The notes under the pieces were generated by a model that had not been told where the DNA came from, did not search any database, and saw only the letters and a list, made by a program, of their open reading frames with translations. The translations under genes and the position numbers were made by a program. Shown in pieces: positions 39,435-50,481 of a stretch of DNA of 64,000 nucleotides (positions are counted from its first letter, which is position 1; the number at the start of each line of letters is the position of its first letter). The DNA lies in the IMG/VR virus record IMGVR_UViG_3300035684_000001, positions 124,554 to 188,553 of that record; one strand, written 5' to 3'. The stretch is from a virus.

Positions 39435-39983
39435 ATGCTTAAATTAGCTAGTAAATACAAAGAACTTATGTCAATGTTAAACAACAAAAGACCAATTGAA
39501 GCAAAATACAGCCAATCGTCATTGCTACACATATTATCGAACAAAGATTACTTAAATTACTGCTGTGACTCTCAACTGATTCAAAATTACTGGCGCAGTC
39601 CTGAGTATATGGTGTATCCAATGAACGAGGTTATGCAACAACCTATACCCGTTGTAGCAAGCAATATAAATCCAGGAGATTTTTTTAATTTAGGGAATTC
39701 AAAAAAAGCACAAATTGCAATGGTTACAGAAAAACAAACAGTATGCCAATCTGCATTAAAAGAACAATCATGGAAACCTTCAGTACACAAGCCAGGAGGT
39801 GACTATTTGCGATACCATATTCAAAGCGATCGGGGTGGATTTTTTTACGAACAGCCACATAAGGAAATGATTTCCGGTTTTTTTCAATGGTTGCCATTGC
39901 CTTGCCAGTTGACTGCAATAGGGATGATTGCTGAAGCTCAAGAATTGCAAGAGATCCTGTTTGTGGTGGCTAGTTTTAAATAA
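39435..39983 (+). CDS. Hypothetical protein
   Basis: 182-aa ORF between two hairpins. Confidence 0.5.
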   Translation: MLKLASKYKELMSMLNNKRPIEAKYSQSSLLHILSNKDYLNYCCDSQLIQNYWRSPEYMVYPMNEVMQQPIPVVASNINPGDFFNLGNSKKAQIAMVTEKQTVCQSALKEQSWKPSVHKPGGDYLRYHIQSDRGGFFYEQPHKEMISGFFQWLPLPCQLTAIGMIAEAQELQEILFVVASFK

Positions 39984-40192
39984 AAAATAAATTGGTTATT
40001 TAATTGTCCGTAAATCCTTTGTTAAAATTAAAAGCCCGATTCAATCCTTGGATTGCGTTGGGTTCTTTGTTATTAAAAAGTAAGTACCGCTAGAAATTTA
40101 ACTGAGCAAACAACTTGTCGAGAGCTTTTAGGATGCGAACTTGGGTAACAGGTTTCATGGTTTTTGGTTTGGCTAGAGTAAGTAATTTTTGA

Positions 40193-41446
40193 TTAACAAG
40201 CATGGCATTGAACTCCGTTACTGCTGGAATTAATTTGTCGTTCAAGTGCCGTATAAATAGTTTCAGCAACTTCTACAGCAACGCCATTACCAATTCCTTC
40301 GCTAGCAAGTGCATTGTTGGTAGGTAACTTGTAGTCGTCACGCAAGCCCTGCAACCTTGCCAACATCCTTGTAGAAAATTTCACAAAAATGCAGTTTTCA
40401 AGAATAAATTGAAGTTGAGATTCAGGAGATTGCAACGGATTCAATTTTATCCGATCGCCCGACAAGACTCCTGTAGGGTACGCACCGGGAGTTACGGTCA
40501 CTGTTGGCTTGTCCCCCAAGCGAATAGTTGGAGAATTGTTACCAGCATTTGCACCCGGAACGAGTATCGCTGTCGGCCAGTGACTTTCGGAGTTACAACT
40601 GCCGATGATCGTGTATGCGGGTTTTTGTTCGTCACAGAAGGTAATTTCGCGACCAGCATTTTTGCCGTCTACAATCAAGGAGTTAAATTCTTTAAGCTTA
40701 CCAAGGGCGATCGCCTCCTTCAGTCGATTCATCTGCCATTTAGCTAAACCGTTTGTCCTGCGATCGCCCTTGGTTTGATGAAAAAGCCAATCAGATTTTT
40801 CAGAATCCCAGGTATAGTAGGGGCGATCGGGTAACAAATCTGTTACCGCTTCAAGCCAGCCTTTCCAAGGTTTAATAGGATCACCGAATAGTTGTGGTAT
40901 CGGGTTCTTGGCGTGTGTTGGGGCGATCGCTGGTACTGAACCAATATCTTTGCGAGTCGCAATCAAAAACATTCGCTTCCGTGTTTGGGGTGTGCCGTAG
41001 TCAGCGGCATTCAGCACAAAGGTTTGTGTGTTATAGAACAATTGCCACAATTCCCTTTTTAAATGATTGTAACTCCTAGAGCCGATGTAGCCCTCTACAT
41101 TTTCGACAACCACACACTTGGGCATTAGTATTTTTATATGATCCGCGACTGCAAAAGCAGAACTTGTTTGTTCTAGTCCTTCTGCACCGCCTTTTTTTCC
41201 TCTTGAAAACTCGTCACACTCGGGTGATACCCAATAGATGTCTAGATTACCTTTGCCAATTTTAAAATTTTCTGCACAGACATCTTGGACTTTTGAAATC
41301 AAAAGATGTTCAGCGCCGTGATTCGGGATATACATTTCTTTTGCTATTTTTTCCCAAAATTCAACTGCAAAGATCAATTTCCCACCGCGTTGTTTAAAGG
41401 CTTCATCGACTGTCCCAGCTCCGCTGAATTCAGTTCCACACAACAT
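40193..41446 (-). CDS. DNA (cytosine-5)-methyltransferase 1
   Basis: FSGAG (motif I), SPECDEFS (IV), VENV (VI), LNAADYGTPQTRKR (VIII), LARLQGL...GNGV (IX/X). Confidence 0.9.
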   Translation of the reverse strand: MLCGTEFSGAGTVDEAFKQRGGKLIFAVEFWEKIAKEMYIPNHGAEHLLISKVQDVCAENFKIGKGNLDIYWVSPECDEFSRGKKGGAEGLEQTSSAFAVADHIKILMPKCVVVENVEGYIGSRSYNHLKRELWQLFYNTQTFVLNAADYGTPQTRKRMFLIATRKDIGSVPAIAPTHAKNPIPQLFGDPIKPWKGWLEAVTDLLPDRPYYTWDSEKSDWLFHQTKGDRRTNGLAKWQMNRLKEAIALGKLKEFNSLIVDGKNAGREITFCDEQKPAYTIIGSCNSESHWPTAILVPGANAGNNSPTIRLGDKPTVTVTPGAYPTGVLSGDRIKLNPLQSPESQLQFILENCIFVKFSTRMLARLQGLRDDYKLPTNNALASEGIGNGVAVEVAETIYTALERQINSSSNGVQCHAC

Positions 41447-41521
41447 ATTGAAATCCTCTTTCTAACTACCATTACCCCAAAGCCTTGCGAATTGTTGAGA
41501 TTTGCGAGGCTTTGTTTTGTC

Positions 41522-42409
41522 CTACAGCACGAAACCCGCTGCGTGTTCGTAACCGCCACCGCCCAGCGAAGTCGCAATTATCTCGACATCAGCACCGCCG
41601 TAACGGCGCGATCGTAGGGAAACTTGTTTCGGATCATCAGTTGTTAGGGCCACGAACGGATGTTGCGGAAGCCGAATAGCCGCCCGCGCCCCCACCATTG
41701 AGTAATGTCGGTGCAGGTCGGGGCGATCGCGCAAATCGAAATAAGGAACCGACACGCCAGCGACATCCATAAATTCAAGAGATTTATCGTCTAAATATTG
41801 ATCGATCAACCTATTGCGTTCAGCAATTTTTGGCAATCCTTCCTGTATGAGTATAGATTTAGGAATCCCGCACAGTTCGTCAAAAAACTTAAACGCAGCT
41901 ACACCGGAACCGTACTCGCGACGACGAGCACTCATCGCCTCTCCGATCGCCTCTGACTCAGGAATTTCGCCCTGATAGTAACCGTCAGCACCGATGTCGC
42001 GCTGGCGGACATAGGGGAGAAACCAGGGCATTGCCAATCTTCCTGCAATCCCAGTACCGTGAAAATATTTCCAGGCAAGTGTCGCACCGCATTCGGCAAT
42101 GTCGAATACTCCAAATTTTGCAACAAACTCTTTGCCTTTGTGGTGATCCAAGACCACCAGTTTATTAGCTTGCCTCTTTATTTGATTAAGAATCGATTCA
42201 GGATAACTGATATCTACTAAATAAAGGTCATTACCCATTGACTTGAAAGGCAAAGATTCAAACCTATAGTCGTCTGATTTGAGGTGGACTTGCGGAATTA
42301 ATTCCCACCCATGCCCCCCGATTGCCCGTGCAGCAATCCATGAAGCGCAGATAGCGTCAGGACAATCAATTCCGTCTTTGATTTGGTGGTAAACAATGTT
42401 AATCCACAT
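41522..42409 (-). CDS. DHH/DHHA1-family phosphoesterase
   Basis: YH...DCPDA, VDIS, LDHH, ECGATLAW, SLRS, GGGGYEHAAGF. Start ATG 42409 overlaps the MTase 2 stop. Confidence 0.8.
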   Translation of the reverse strand: MWINIVYHQIKDGIDCPDAICASWIAARAIGGHGWELIPQVHLKSDDYRFESLPFKSMGNDLYLVDISYPESILNQIKRQANKLVVLDHHKGKEFVAKFGVFDIAECGATLAWKYFHGTGIAGRLAMPWFLPYVRQRDIGADGYYQGEIPESEAIGEAMSARRREYGSGVAAFKFFDELCGIPKSILIQEGLPKIAERNRLIDQYLDDKSLEFMDVAGVSVPYFDLRDRPDLHRHYSMVGARAAIRLPQHPFVALTTDDPKQVSLRSRRYGGADVEIIATSLGGGGYEHAAGFVL

Positions 42410-43539
42410 TAGAATTCTCCGTTTTTTAAGTGTTTTGCGTAGGCGACCATCGGCTCGATCGCTACTCCATTTCCGATCATTTTGGAATCCTCGACGTTCT
42501 TGCCCGAAAGCTTGAAGTCGTCGGGCAGTCCCTGAAGTCGAGCCAAGCACCGAGGCGACAGTTGCACGACTTTAAGAGATTTCAAATATTCATCGATCGC
42601 CCCAGTCTTAGCAGTTCCGCCAAACACGCAGTCCATGCGGTGCCAGTGTCCGTCCTTACCAAAAGCTCGGATCGTGTTGCTGGGATACTCAGGGGCGATC
42701 GCGCTCAATGGCCCGTTCCTTGCTCCGGTTTTTCCAACGAGCACTTTTGGTATACCTTTTTGGCGGAACTTGTGCTTGGAGGCGATCGCCCCTGACGCTA
42801 GGCGTTGAATTTGCCAAAGTGCTAAACCATTTTTTGTGGTGCGCTCCCCGTTACAAATCCACTGGTACTGACCGTTTGGCTTTTTCTGAGGTATCCCGTC
42901 AGCGATCACCACCGTGTAAACGGGCAACTCGGTCAATAAGTCGGCGATCGCCCCATACCAGCCTCGCCAAGCAGGTAGCCCGTAAATAGAGGTATCGAAC
43001 AAAGTGCCTTCATCTTTCCGTTTAGCGTGAGACGGTGGCACGATAGGTAGCTTACCGCGACTGTAAATAGCAAAACCCCTCTCCCTATCTTGGGGAGTTC
43101 CAAAGTTAGCTGCATTGACGCGATCAACCCTGACTTTATACCCCATCCGCTTTAAAGCAGACTCTACGATCGCCCAACTCTTTGATTTTTCGCCAAAATA
43201 GGGAAGAACTTGCTCTATAATCCCGAACTTAGGATTGAGCAACTCTATTTTCCGCACCAAAGCTTGTGCCAGCAAAATGTCTAACTCAGTTTCTAAGCCA
43301 GTACCGACCTCGCTGAACCTTTGGCACGGCGGAGAGTCTTGGCAGATATCGATTGACCCGATCGCCGACCAATCCACGTCAGCGATCGATTTAACCTCTA
43401 AGTGTGTTTGAGAAAAATTCATCGTATAAATCTCTGCCGCGCTGGGATTATTCTCGACTGCGTGTACGACTTTAACCCCCGCTAGTTCTAGGGCGATCGA
43501 ACTCAGTCCACCCCCCGCAAATCCGATTGAAGCTCTCAT
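42409..43539 (-). CDS. DNA (cytosine-5)-methyltransferase 2
   Basis: FAGGG, SPPCQRFS, IEQV, NAANFGTPQDRER, LARLQGLP...IGNGV. Confidence 0.9.
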   Translation of the reverse strand: MRASIGFAGGGLSSIALELAGVKVVHAVENNPSAAEIYTMNFSQTHLEVKSIADVDWSAIGSIDICQDSPPCQRFSEVGTGLETELDILLAQALVRKIELLNPKFGIIEQVLPYFGEKSKSWAIVESALKRMGYKVRVDRVNAANFGTPQDRERGFAIYSRGKLPIVPPSHAKRKDEGTLFDTSIYGLPAWRGWYGAIADLLTELPVYTVVIADGIPQKKPNGQYQWICNGERTTKNGLALWQIQRLASGAIASKHKFRQKGIPKVLVGKTGARNGPLSAIAPEYPSNTIRAFGKDGHWHRMDCVFGGTAKTGAIDEYLKSLKVVQLSPRCLARLQGLPDDFKLSGKNVEDSKMIGNGVAIEPMVAYAKHLKNGEF

Positions 43540-43931
43540 AGCCTTGCCTCAAGACTTAGGGACAATTTTCCGTTGACAAACGGGTTTAACCAAGAAACAT
43601 TTGGTCGATAATGACAGGCATAACCTTCCTCCTCTTCCTGACTGTCAAAAACACATTCATCCAACAATTCGTACAGTTCACCGTGACAACACAGATTGTC
43701 TTTCAACTCCTTAAGTAAATCATCGTCATGGTCTTGACGAATGAAGTTGATTATTTCTTGACACTGCAAACAAGTGTAAAAAGTCTGAAATCCGCCATCG
43801 TAAAGTGCATCTACTTTTTCCGCTTTTTCTGCGATAGCGATCCGATTCCCGCATTCTACACATTTATGCTTTTTCCGGGTCGTTACCAATTTTGACTTAT
43901 ACACTCTCGGGTAGTCACAGTCACAGTTCAT
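43536..43931 (-). CDS. Zn-finger phage protein
   Basis: RKKHKCVECG...YTCLQC. Confidence 0.65.
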   Translation of the reverse strand: MNCDCDYPRVYKSKLVTTRKKHKCVECGNRIAIAEKAEKVDALYDGGFQTFYTCLQCQEIINFIRQDHDDDLLKELKDNLCCHGELYELLDECVFDSQEEEEGYACHYRPNVSWLNPFVNGKLSLSLEARL

Positions 43932-43933
43932 CT

Positions 43934-44260
43934 TTATTTCTCCTTGATAACTCTTGGTGTATCTACCTTAGGATGCAAAGTAAAACGCATTACAACAACT
44001 GGAACAGTTAGCAAAACTTCCTTTGCTATTTTGTTTTTAAGCTCATATTCTGCTTGGATCGCTTGCTTGATCGCCTTAATGCAATCTTCCACACATCTGT
44101 CGTACCTGCGTTTCCCAAATCCCGCCAAAGGGCTGTTTGATTCTGGTTTAACCGCGTCCCAGTATTCGGCTACCATTAAAAATTGATAATTGCCGTAAGT
44201 TGTAAAGTTACAACCCGAGCAAGTAAATGAGTCGTATCTTTTAATGTTGATTTTAGACAC
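43934..44260 (-). CDS. Hypothetical protein
   Basis: Operon-coupled ORF. Confidence 0.5.
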   Translation of the reverse strand: MSKINIKRYDSFTCSGCNFTTYGNYQFLMVAEYWDAVKPESNSPLAGFGKRRYDRCVEDCIKAIKQAIQAEYELKNKIAKEVLLTVPVVVMRFTLHPKVDTPRVIKEK

Positions 44261-44360
44261 AATTACTTTCCTAAAAAGATTGGGGATTCTCAGATTGGAT
44301 CTACACCTCTAAGAGAATTTTACTAAAATCGACTTCTCTTGGGTTGGCTCAAACGATCCG

Positions 44361-44771
44361 TTAGTATATTTTCAAGATTTTTCCTTTCACTCCAGTCCCA
44401 TATTCCTCTCCGTCACGGTCAAAACCAACAAATAACGTCAGTGTGTCTCCGTGTACTGTCGCTAAATCTTGTTTGTCGATAACGTAATCACCGCTAACTT
44501 GAATCGGAAAGCCAAAACACAATCTAGTAAAATAATTCGTAATAGTCACCGAGCCAATAATCGCAAAAATTACCTGCTCGTATATTACGTTGTCGTCATC
44601 TTCTTCGATCTTAATTTCTATAGTTTTTCCGAGAGACTGCTCCAAATTAAACATGATTCCTCCCTTGTCGTTCGTTGTTTTGCTAGAAATTCTCGAAATT
44701 GCAAATCCGCAGGAAGTTTGACAACACCACCTAGAAACCCAATCTAATATCTTATTCAGACCACGTTTCAA
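44361..44771 (-). CDS. Hypothetical protein
   Basis: ORF; the start may be the internal MFNLEQ. Confidence 0.45.
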   Translation of the reverse strand: MKRGLNKILDWVSRWCCQTSCGFAISRISSKTTNDKGGIMFNLEQSLGKTIEIKIEEDDDNVIYEQVIFAIIGSVTITNYFTRLCFGFPIQVSGDYVIDKQDLATVHGDTLTLFVGFDRDGEEYGTGVKGKILKIY

Positions 44772-44801
44772 TCGTCGATTGATCGATCCAAGAAAAAATC
44801 T

Positions 44802-45800
44802 TTACTTTCCTAAAAAGCGTGGAAATTCTCGAATCTGTATATCCAAAGGAAGCTCAGTAATATCGCCCCCTTTGGGATTTTTAAGCTTTACCTGGAAGTG
44901 AGTTTGAACAACTCCATCAATGTATGGAGTTGAGTTGATCGCCTGACTTCCCCATTGCTTGACAAACACCGCCGTTTTGGTTTGCTGGCATTGGCGCACG
45001 AGCGATCGAATCCACTCAATGTGGCAGGGACGAGCACTGGAACCAGACTCGCCGCCAATAATTACTTGATTAATGCTTTTATCAGTAAAAGGGGATATCC
45101 GACCTCCAGCAACCGCGCCACCAGCACCAGATATACGAGGCTCCCACGTATTGAGAAGGTAGTTATAGATACCATTTTGGCGTTCATGGGAAACTAAATT
45201 CAACTCCTCTAAAAGTGGTTCACAAGATAAAAATCGCACCGCCACGGGAGCGTCAAGTAACAGCGGAATCCGATCAACTGCAGCTTGCTGATTTTCAACC
45301 GACGTTCCCAACCAAACATTAGGTAGTGGCCAATCAAAATCACAAGTTTCATAGGCTTCGTAGCGCTTTTGTGCTAGTTTTAACTCTCGTCCCAAATCAA
45401 CAGCGCCACGTCTGATGCGCTGCTTAGCACCCTGTTGTAGATAAGGTCGTATCCGCTCTGGGCGTTTTGTCAGAACTTGAAACGTGTGTTGCTTGGCGAG
45501 TGCCATTACTGCAAAAATCTTGTCCAACCATTCGTCTTTGACGTTTTTATGGAAAATATCAGACATCGAGCAGACAAACACTTTTTTGGGTGATCGCCAC
45601 GACAAGGGTTTTACTAATTGATTTTCAACAAATTCGATCGTACCGTTCCACTCTTTCACTTTTTGGTATTGAGGGAATTGCTGCAACCGTGCAGATTTAG
45701 CAGCTTCAGCAGCGTAACATTCTTTACAGCCGATACTTATTTTTGAGCATCCCACTAAAGGATTCCAAGTTTCATCTGTCCAAGGAATTAAAGTAGCCAT
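44802..45800 (-). CDS. DUF5131 (phage Gp37/Gp68) radical-SAM-like protein
   Basis: IPWTDETWNPLVGCSKISIGCKECYA, VFVCSMSDIFH, LTKRPER, SCEPLL, IGGESG, FVKQWG. Confidence 0.9.
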   Translation of the reverse strand: MATLIPWTDETWNPLVGCSKISIGCKECYAAEAAKSARLQQFPQYQKVKEWNGTIEFVENQLVKPLSWRSPKKVFVCSMSDIFHKNVKDEWLDKIFAVMALAKQHTFQVLTKRPERIRPYLQQGAKQRIRRGAVDLGRELKLAQKRYEAYETCDFDWPLPNVWLGTSVENQQAAVDRIPLLLDAPVAVRFLSCEPLLEELNLVSHERQNGIYNYLLNTWEPRISGAGGAVAGGRISPFTDKSINQVIIGGESGSSARPCHIEWIRSLVRQCQQTKTAVFVKQWGSQAINSTPYIDGVVQTHFQVKLKNPKGGDITELPLDIQIREFPRFLGK

Positions 45801-45913
45801 CTAATTTTTCTCCAAAATTAATGCGATAAAGTTACTAAGACTTGCTCCCTGATTTATTGTTTGAACTGGTGTCTAGGTTTGTATTTTCGTGTGCGACCAC
45901 TGTTAACGACCGC

Positions 45914-46171
45914 CTAGTATGCCACACCTTCTACGTCATAGTATTTTGTCTTAGCGAAATGCTCTTCTTGTGCTAAGATTTCGATACTGAGATAATCACT
46001 GTCCACTAGCTCCGGCTTTTGTACTTGCAAAAATACCGTGTTTGAGACGGGGCAAAACTCAATAAATTTTAATTCGGTTTCTACTGTTAGATCTCCATCC
46101 ATAATAGAGACGATCGCGTCGGGATGACACTTTTGAAGTATTTGGATGAGTTGTTCTACATTTATTGACAT
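45914..46171 (-). CDS. Hypothetical protein
   Basis: MSINVEQLIQILQKCHPDAIV-type phage N-terminus. Confidence 0.5.
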   Translation of the reverse strand: MSINVEQLIQILQKCHPDAIVSIMDGDLTVETELKFIEFCPVSNTVFLQVQKPELVDSDYLSIEILAQEEHFAKTKYYDVEGVAY

Positions 46172-46232
46172 GATTTACTTCCTTAATTGCGATTTACCTG
46201 AACTAGGGCGATCGTCCGATCGCCCTATACGT

Positions 46233-46667
46233 TTAATTGTCTAGGTACGCAGCTAGATCGAATGTTTCTTTGCCAAACGGCGAATAGAGAATTTTTTCAC
46301 CAAGTTTAACTCGAATCTCTAATGACTCTCTATTCTCCATGCTATGCAAAAAGAAACTGTCATTTTGAAGCTTTAATTCTGCAATATTTACAGAATTAGT
46401 GTTTGAATGAATAAAATATTCCGTAGCTTCTTTTTGGAGATTGGGGCGACCGCGCAACAAATGACACTGATGCGCGTCTGAGTATTTACTGCATCCTGAC
46501 GACGATTGCAAAGAAGCTCTGTAAGCACAGGGACATTTGATTTCCGTACACACGTTTATTGTTTCTGATACGTTTATAGTTGACGCTTCTTCGTCTCTTT
46601 CCGCCCTGACTAGCGCCTTTGCTATTTGACGAAATTTGTTCCAATCGATAGACATAATTTGCTCCAC
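46233..46667 (-). CDS. Hypothetical Cys-rich protein
   Basis: ORF with a C..C.C pattern. Confidence 0.5.
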   Translation of the reverse strand: MEQIMSIDWNKFRQIAKALVRAERDEEASTINVSETINVCTEIKCPCAYRASLQSSSGCSKYSDAHQCHLLRGRPNLQKEATEYFIHSNTNSVNIAELKLQNDSFFLHSMENRESLEIRVKLGEKILYSPFGKETFDLAAYLDN

Positions 46668-46746
46668 TTGTTAGACTAAACCAATAGTCGCATACTTGTA
46701 CGACCCGTGTCAAGGGGTAAATCATTTAACCAAGAATCCTTGACAA

Positions 46747-47004
46747 GTGGGTAACATAAGTAGCATACTCACAATAGTCCTACCCAGAATCACAAAAATG
46801 CCAAAACCACTAGGTAAAGATACAGTGAATGTTTTTCTTCATCCTTCGGATAAAAGAGGTTTTAAAAAACTATGTGCAGAGCTAGATACTCCAATGTGTG
46901 GCAGGCTTGAAGCTTGGGCAATATTCGACAAGCTTTACTTCGAGGAATATGGAAGACCGTTCGACATCGAAGATCTCGAAACAACCTACTTTGGGAAAAA
47001 ATAA
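46747..47004 (+). CDS. Small RHH-like DNA-binding protein
   Basis: TVNVFLHPSDKRGFKKLCAELDTPM strand-helix-helix pattern; start is probably ATG 46798. Confidence 0.5.
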   Translation: MGNISSILTIVLPRITKMPKPLGKDTVNVFLHPSDKRGFKKLCAELDTPMCGRLEAWAIFDKLYFEEYGRPFDIEDLETTYFGKK

Positions 47005-47429
47005 TGGATACCTACCTGATTTCCGTCAAACCAAACTGGGCAGACAAGTTTTTTTTGATCGCCACCCCAAAAACAGTCGAACTCCGCAAGGGAAGTTTCG
47101 GTCAATCCTTAAAAGCAGGCGATCGGCTGCTAATCTATGCCACGCTCCCGGTAGGCGAGGTCATTGGCGAAGTTAGGGTGCGCCATCGCGCCCAATACTG
47201 GATAGACAAGCTCCGCAGCGAAACTGAAAATTTTGCACAGGTATCATCAGAAGATTTCAATGCTTACTACCGAGGCAAAGATCACGGTGTGGCAGTTTGG
47301 GTTGATCGACCCAAAAAGTTTGAAAGCGCGATCGCCCTTGCTTCATTAAAAGAGATTGGCATCACTTCCCCGCAGCAGCTTTTGAAGTTAACCGAGAAAC
47401 AAGTCGATGCGTTACTTCAAATCCCATAA
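47004..47429 (+). CDS. ASCH/PUA-domain protein
   Basis: LISVKPNWADKFF...KTVELRK...GDRLLIYATLPVGEVIGEV. Confidence 0.85.
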   Translation: MDTYLISVKPNWADKFFLIATPKTVELRKGSFGQSLKAGDRLLIYATLPVGEVIGEVRVRHRAQYWIDKLRSETENFAQVSSEDFNAYYRGKDHGVAVWVDRPKKFESAIALASLKEIGITSPQQLLKLTEKQVDALLQIP

Positions 47430-47450
47430 ACTAATTAAGGAAATACAACG

Positions 47451-48659
47451 ATGCAAAAACAGCAACAATTGTCATTTTTTGAGAACGATCGCACAACTCA
47501 ATCAGAAGCGATCGCCATTACCACCGAATACCTAAAAGATTATTTCACCCGTTACAACTACGTGGCGATCGCCTACAGTGGCGGCAAAGATTCAAGCGCA
47601 ACAGTCAGTTTAATTCTCCACTTGATAGAAACAAAGCAGGTTCCGCGCCCCCGATCGCTCACAGTAATTTACGCGGACACTCGACTGGAGCTTCCGCCAC
47701 TACACGAAGCAGCAATGGCAATGCTCAGGGAGGTTGAACGACGGGGTTTTAACACAAAAATAGCTATAGCCCCGATCGCCAAACGTTTCCTTCCCTACAT
47801 CCTCGGTCGGGGCGTGACTCCACCAAACAATTCGACTTTCCGCTGGTGTACTGAGAAAATAAAAGTCAACCCAATGGACGAGGCACTTGCAGAAATCAGA
47901 AACGCTATGCCAGAAGGTGATCGCTTATTGATGATTACAGGTGTGCGGATCGGAGAATCCGCTGTGCGCGATCGACGCATCTTAACTTCTTGCTCGATCA
48001 ACGGTGCAGAGTGCGGGCAAGGTTGGTTTCAAAACGGCACTTACGACCGTACCGACAAGCTTGCCCCTATCCTGCATTGGCGCGTCTGCCAAGTCTGGGA
48101 ATGGTTAATAGCAGGAGAATTAGAACACGGATTCCCAACTTATGCGGTCGCTGAAGTGTACGGAGGCGACGAGGCTCAAGAATTAAATGCGCGAACCGGG
48201 TGCATTGGATGCCCGCTCACTAAAAAGGATACCGCTTTGGATGCACTGGTATCGCAGGACAAATGGAGTTACCTAGCACCGCTCAAGAAACTAAAACCTA
48301 TTTATGAAGAAATGCGGCTGTTTGAAAACCGCCTGCAAAAAAACGGAGAAGAACGCAAAAAAGATGGAACCCTAGTAGCAAATCCCAATAGAAGAGGCCC
48401 GCTAACGTTAGAGGCAAGAAGCAGATTCCTCGATCGCATCTTAGCGATTCAATCAGAAATCAACGAACGGGCGATCGAGTTGAATTCCCCGCAAGTATTT
48501 TTAATCGATGCAGAGGAAGAGGAATTTATTCGAGAGGCGATATCCAACAAGTTATTCCCTAACAAGTGGAGTGGAAACGAACCCAACGCTAGCGAACTGT
48601 TGCCTCACGTTTATCAAGACGGTTCAGTTCAATTGTTACTATTTCAGCAAAAACATTGA
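47451..48659 (+). CDS. PAPS-reductase-family (DndC-like) protein
   Basis: AYSGGKDSS PP-loop, YADTRLE, RWCTEKIKV.PM, TGVRIGES..R, RTGCIGC. Confidence 0.85.
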   Translation: MQKQQQLSFFENDRTTQSEAIAITTEYLKDYFTRYNYVAIAYSGGKDSSATVSLILHLIETKQVPRPRSLTVIYADTRLELPPLHEAAMAMLREVERRGFNTKIAIAPIAKRFLPYILGRGVTPPNNSTFRWCTEKIKVNPMDEALAEIRNAMPEGDRLLMITGVRIGESAVRDRRILTSCSINGAECGQGWFQNGTYDRTDKLAPILHWRVCQVWEWLIAGELEHGFPTYAVAEVYGGDEAQELNARTGCIGCPLTKKDTALDALVSQDKWSYLAPLKKLKPIYEEMRLFENRLQKNGEERKKDGTLVANPNRRGPLTLEARSRFLDRILAIQSEINERAIELNSPQVFLIDAEEEEFIREAISNKLFPNKWSGNEPNASELLPHVYQDGSVQLLLFQQKH

Positions 48660-48741
48660 CAAACTAAACAAGATATTGGCAATCCTTGAAAAAAATAATC
48701 TTGTCCCTAGTCCGATCGTCAACCAACACAAAACAAGAACA

Positions 48742-50481
48742 ATGTACAAACTGAGAAATTATCAAGAAGAAATAGAAGCCAAAGTAAACGAATTGTGGGA
48801 AAATGATATTCGCTGCATTATGGTGCAACTCGCTACTGGCGGTGGTAAAACACCTACGTTCGGGACGATTAGCGCACCTTTTTTAAAAAACGGGCTGCGT
48901 GTTTTAGTCATCGCCCACAGGGAAGAACTGCTTTTACAAGCCCAAGAAAAAATGGAGGCTATTTCTGGGGTTTCGGCGGGAATCATTAAAAACGGATACA
49001 AACCAAACCCTCTCTACAACTTACAGATTGCGTCGATCCAGTCGCTCGCCCGCCGCCAATATCTACCGCTAGCAGATTTGGTGATCGTTGACGAAGCACA
49101 CCACGCTTGCAGCCAGAGCTACACAAAAGTTTTAGAAAAATATCCCGATACCAAAATCTTGGGATTCACCGCAACACCGTGCAGAAATGACGGTCAAGGA
49201 TTTAAGTATCTATTTCAATAACTAATCTGCGGGCCGTCCACCAAGGAACTGATTGATCGCGGATATCTATCTCCGTACAAGCTGTACCAAGCTGGCAAAA
49301 CAATCAATACCAACAAAATCAAAAGCAGCGGTGGAGACTTCAATGCTGAAAAATTGAGCGAAGCGGTTGCCGAACAAATAGAGCCAAACGACGTAGTAGC
49401 TGAATGGAAGCGACGAGCAGGTGGCAAGCGGACGGTAGTTTTTGCCGTAGACGTTGCTAGGAGTCGCGAATATTCAGAAGCTTTTCAAGCTTCTGGAATT
49501 CCAGCGGAACATTTAGATGGAGAAACGGAAACGGGCGATAGGCGGGATGTTTTGCACAGGTTTGACTCAGGGGAGACGATCGTACTTTGCAACTGCGGAA
49601 TCATTTCGGAAGGTTTCGACCTTCCCGGTATTGAAGTTGTTCAGATTGTGCGACCTACAAAAAGCTTGAGCCTGTGGCTCCAGATGGTCGGTCGCGGACT
49701 GAGACTGGCAGACGGCAAGACTTTTGCCACAATCATCGACCATGGTAAAAGCTGGGAATCGCTGGGACTGCCAGACGAAGAAAGAGAATGGTCGCTGGAA
49801 CCTCAAAGCCTCGGGATAGAAGCTAAACGGTTCCTGCACGCTGTGTGCGAGTCGTGTTCTCACATCTTCAAGCCGCTGTCGCACGAGATTCCCGATCTAA
49901 AATGTCTTTGTCCAAACTGTCTAACTGAAAACACGTTCAAAGTAGGTAGCGGTGGAGCGGACAAACCAAAGCCAGTTTTAAACGCAAATGACAAAGACAA
50001 AGAGATCGATTTAACACCCAACCCAGCACACATTGCAATAATTGATGATTTATTGGCTAACTGCCGACGCCTTGAGTATCCAATTGCTTGGGTCTACCAT
50101 CAATTTATAGAAAAAAGCAAAGAGTGGCGATCGGAAATTTCTCTCGGTACTTGGCGATACTTAGCCAAAAAACTGGGTCATTCAACCAAGTGGGCCCGGC
50201 TCAAGTATCAGGAAGCCAACGAAGAAAGTAAGCCGTTAAGCGCGATCGAGTTACACCGCTTGTGGAGTAAAGCCTTAAACGAGGTTAGACCCTACGGAAC
50301 GCAGGCATTATTGAGACAGCACGGTCGCCTCGTTGATTTTACGAATAACACCGCAGAGATTAGAATTAACTCGCTTCCTCTATTAAAGATGGTCAAAGAT
50401 CGAGTTTGTAATATCGAAATAGCATTTAGAAAAGTTCTACAGCGAGAAATCTCAGCAAAACTAGGTGTTAAAAATAGCTAA
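48742..50481 (+). pseudogene. SF2 (DEAD/DEAH-like) helicase interrupted by an in-frame TAA at 49219-49221
   Basis: ATGGGKT, DEAHH, TATP, then FQ*LICGPS continuing in frame to helicase-C motifs (GFDLP, QMVGRGLR). Confidence 0.85.

Noticed and set aside
47451-48659. Complete Dnd phosphorothioation system
   Set aside because: Only a DndC-like gene is present; no dndA, dndB, dndD, dndE or ssp genes were recognised.
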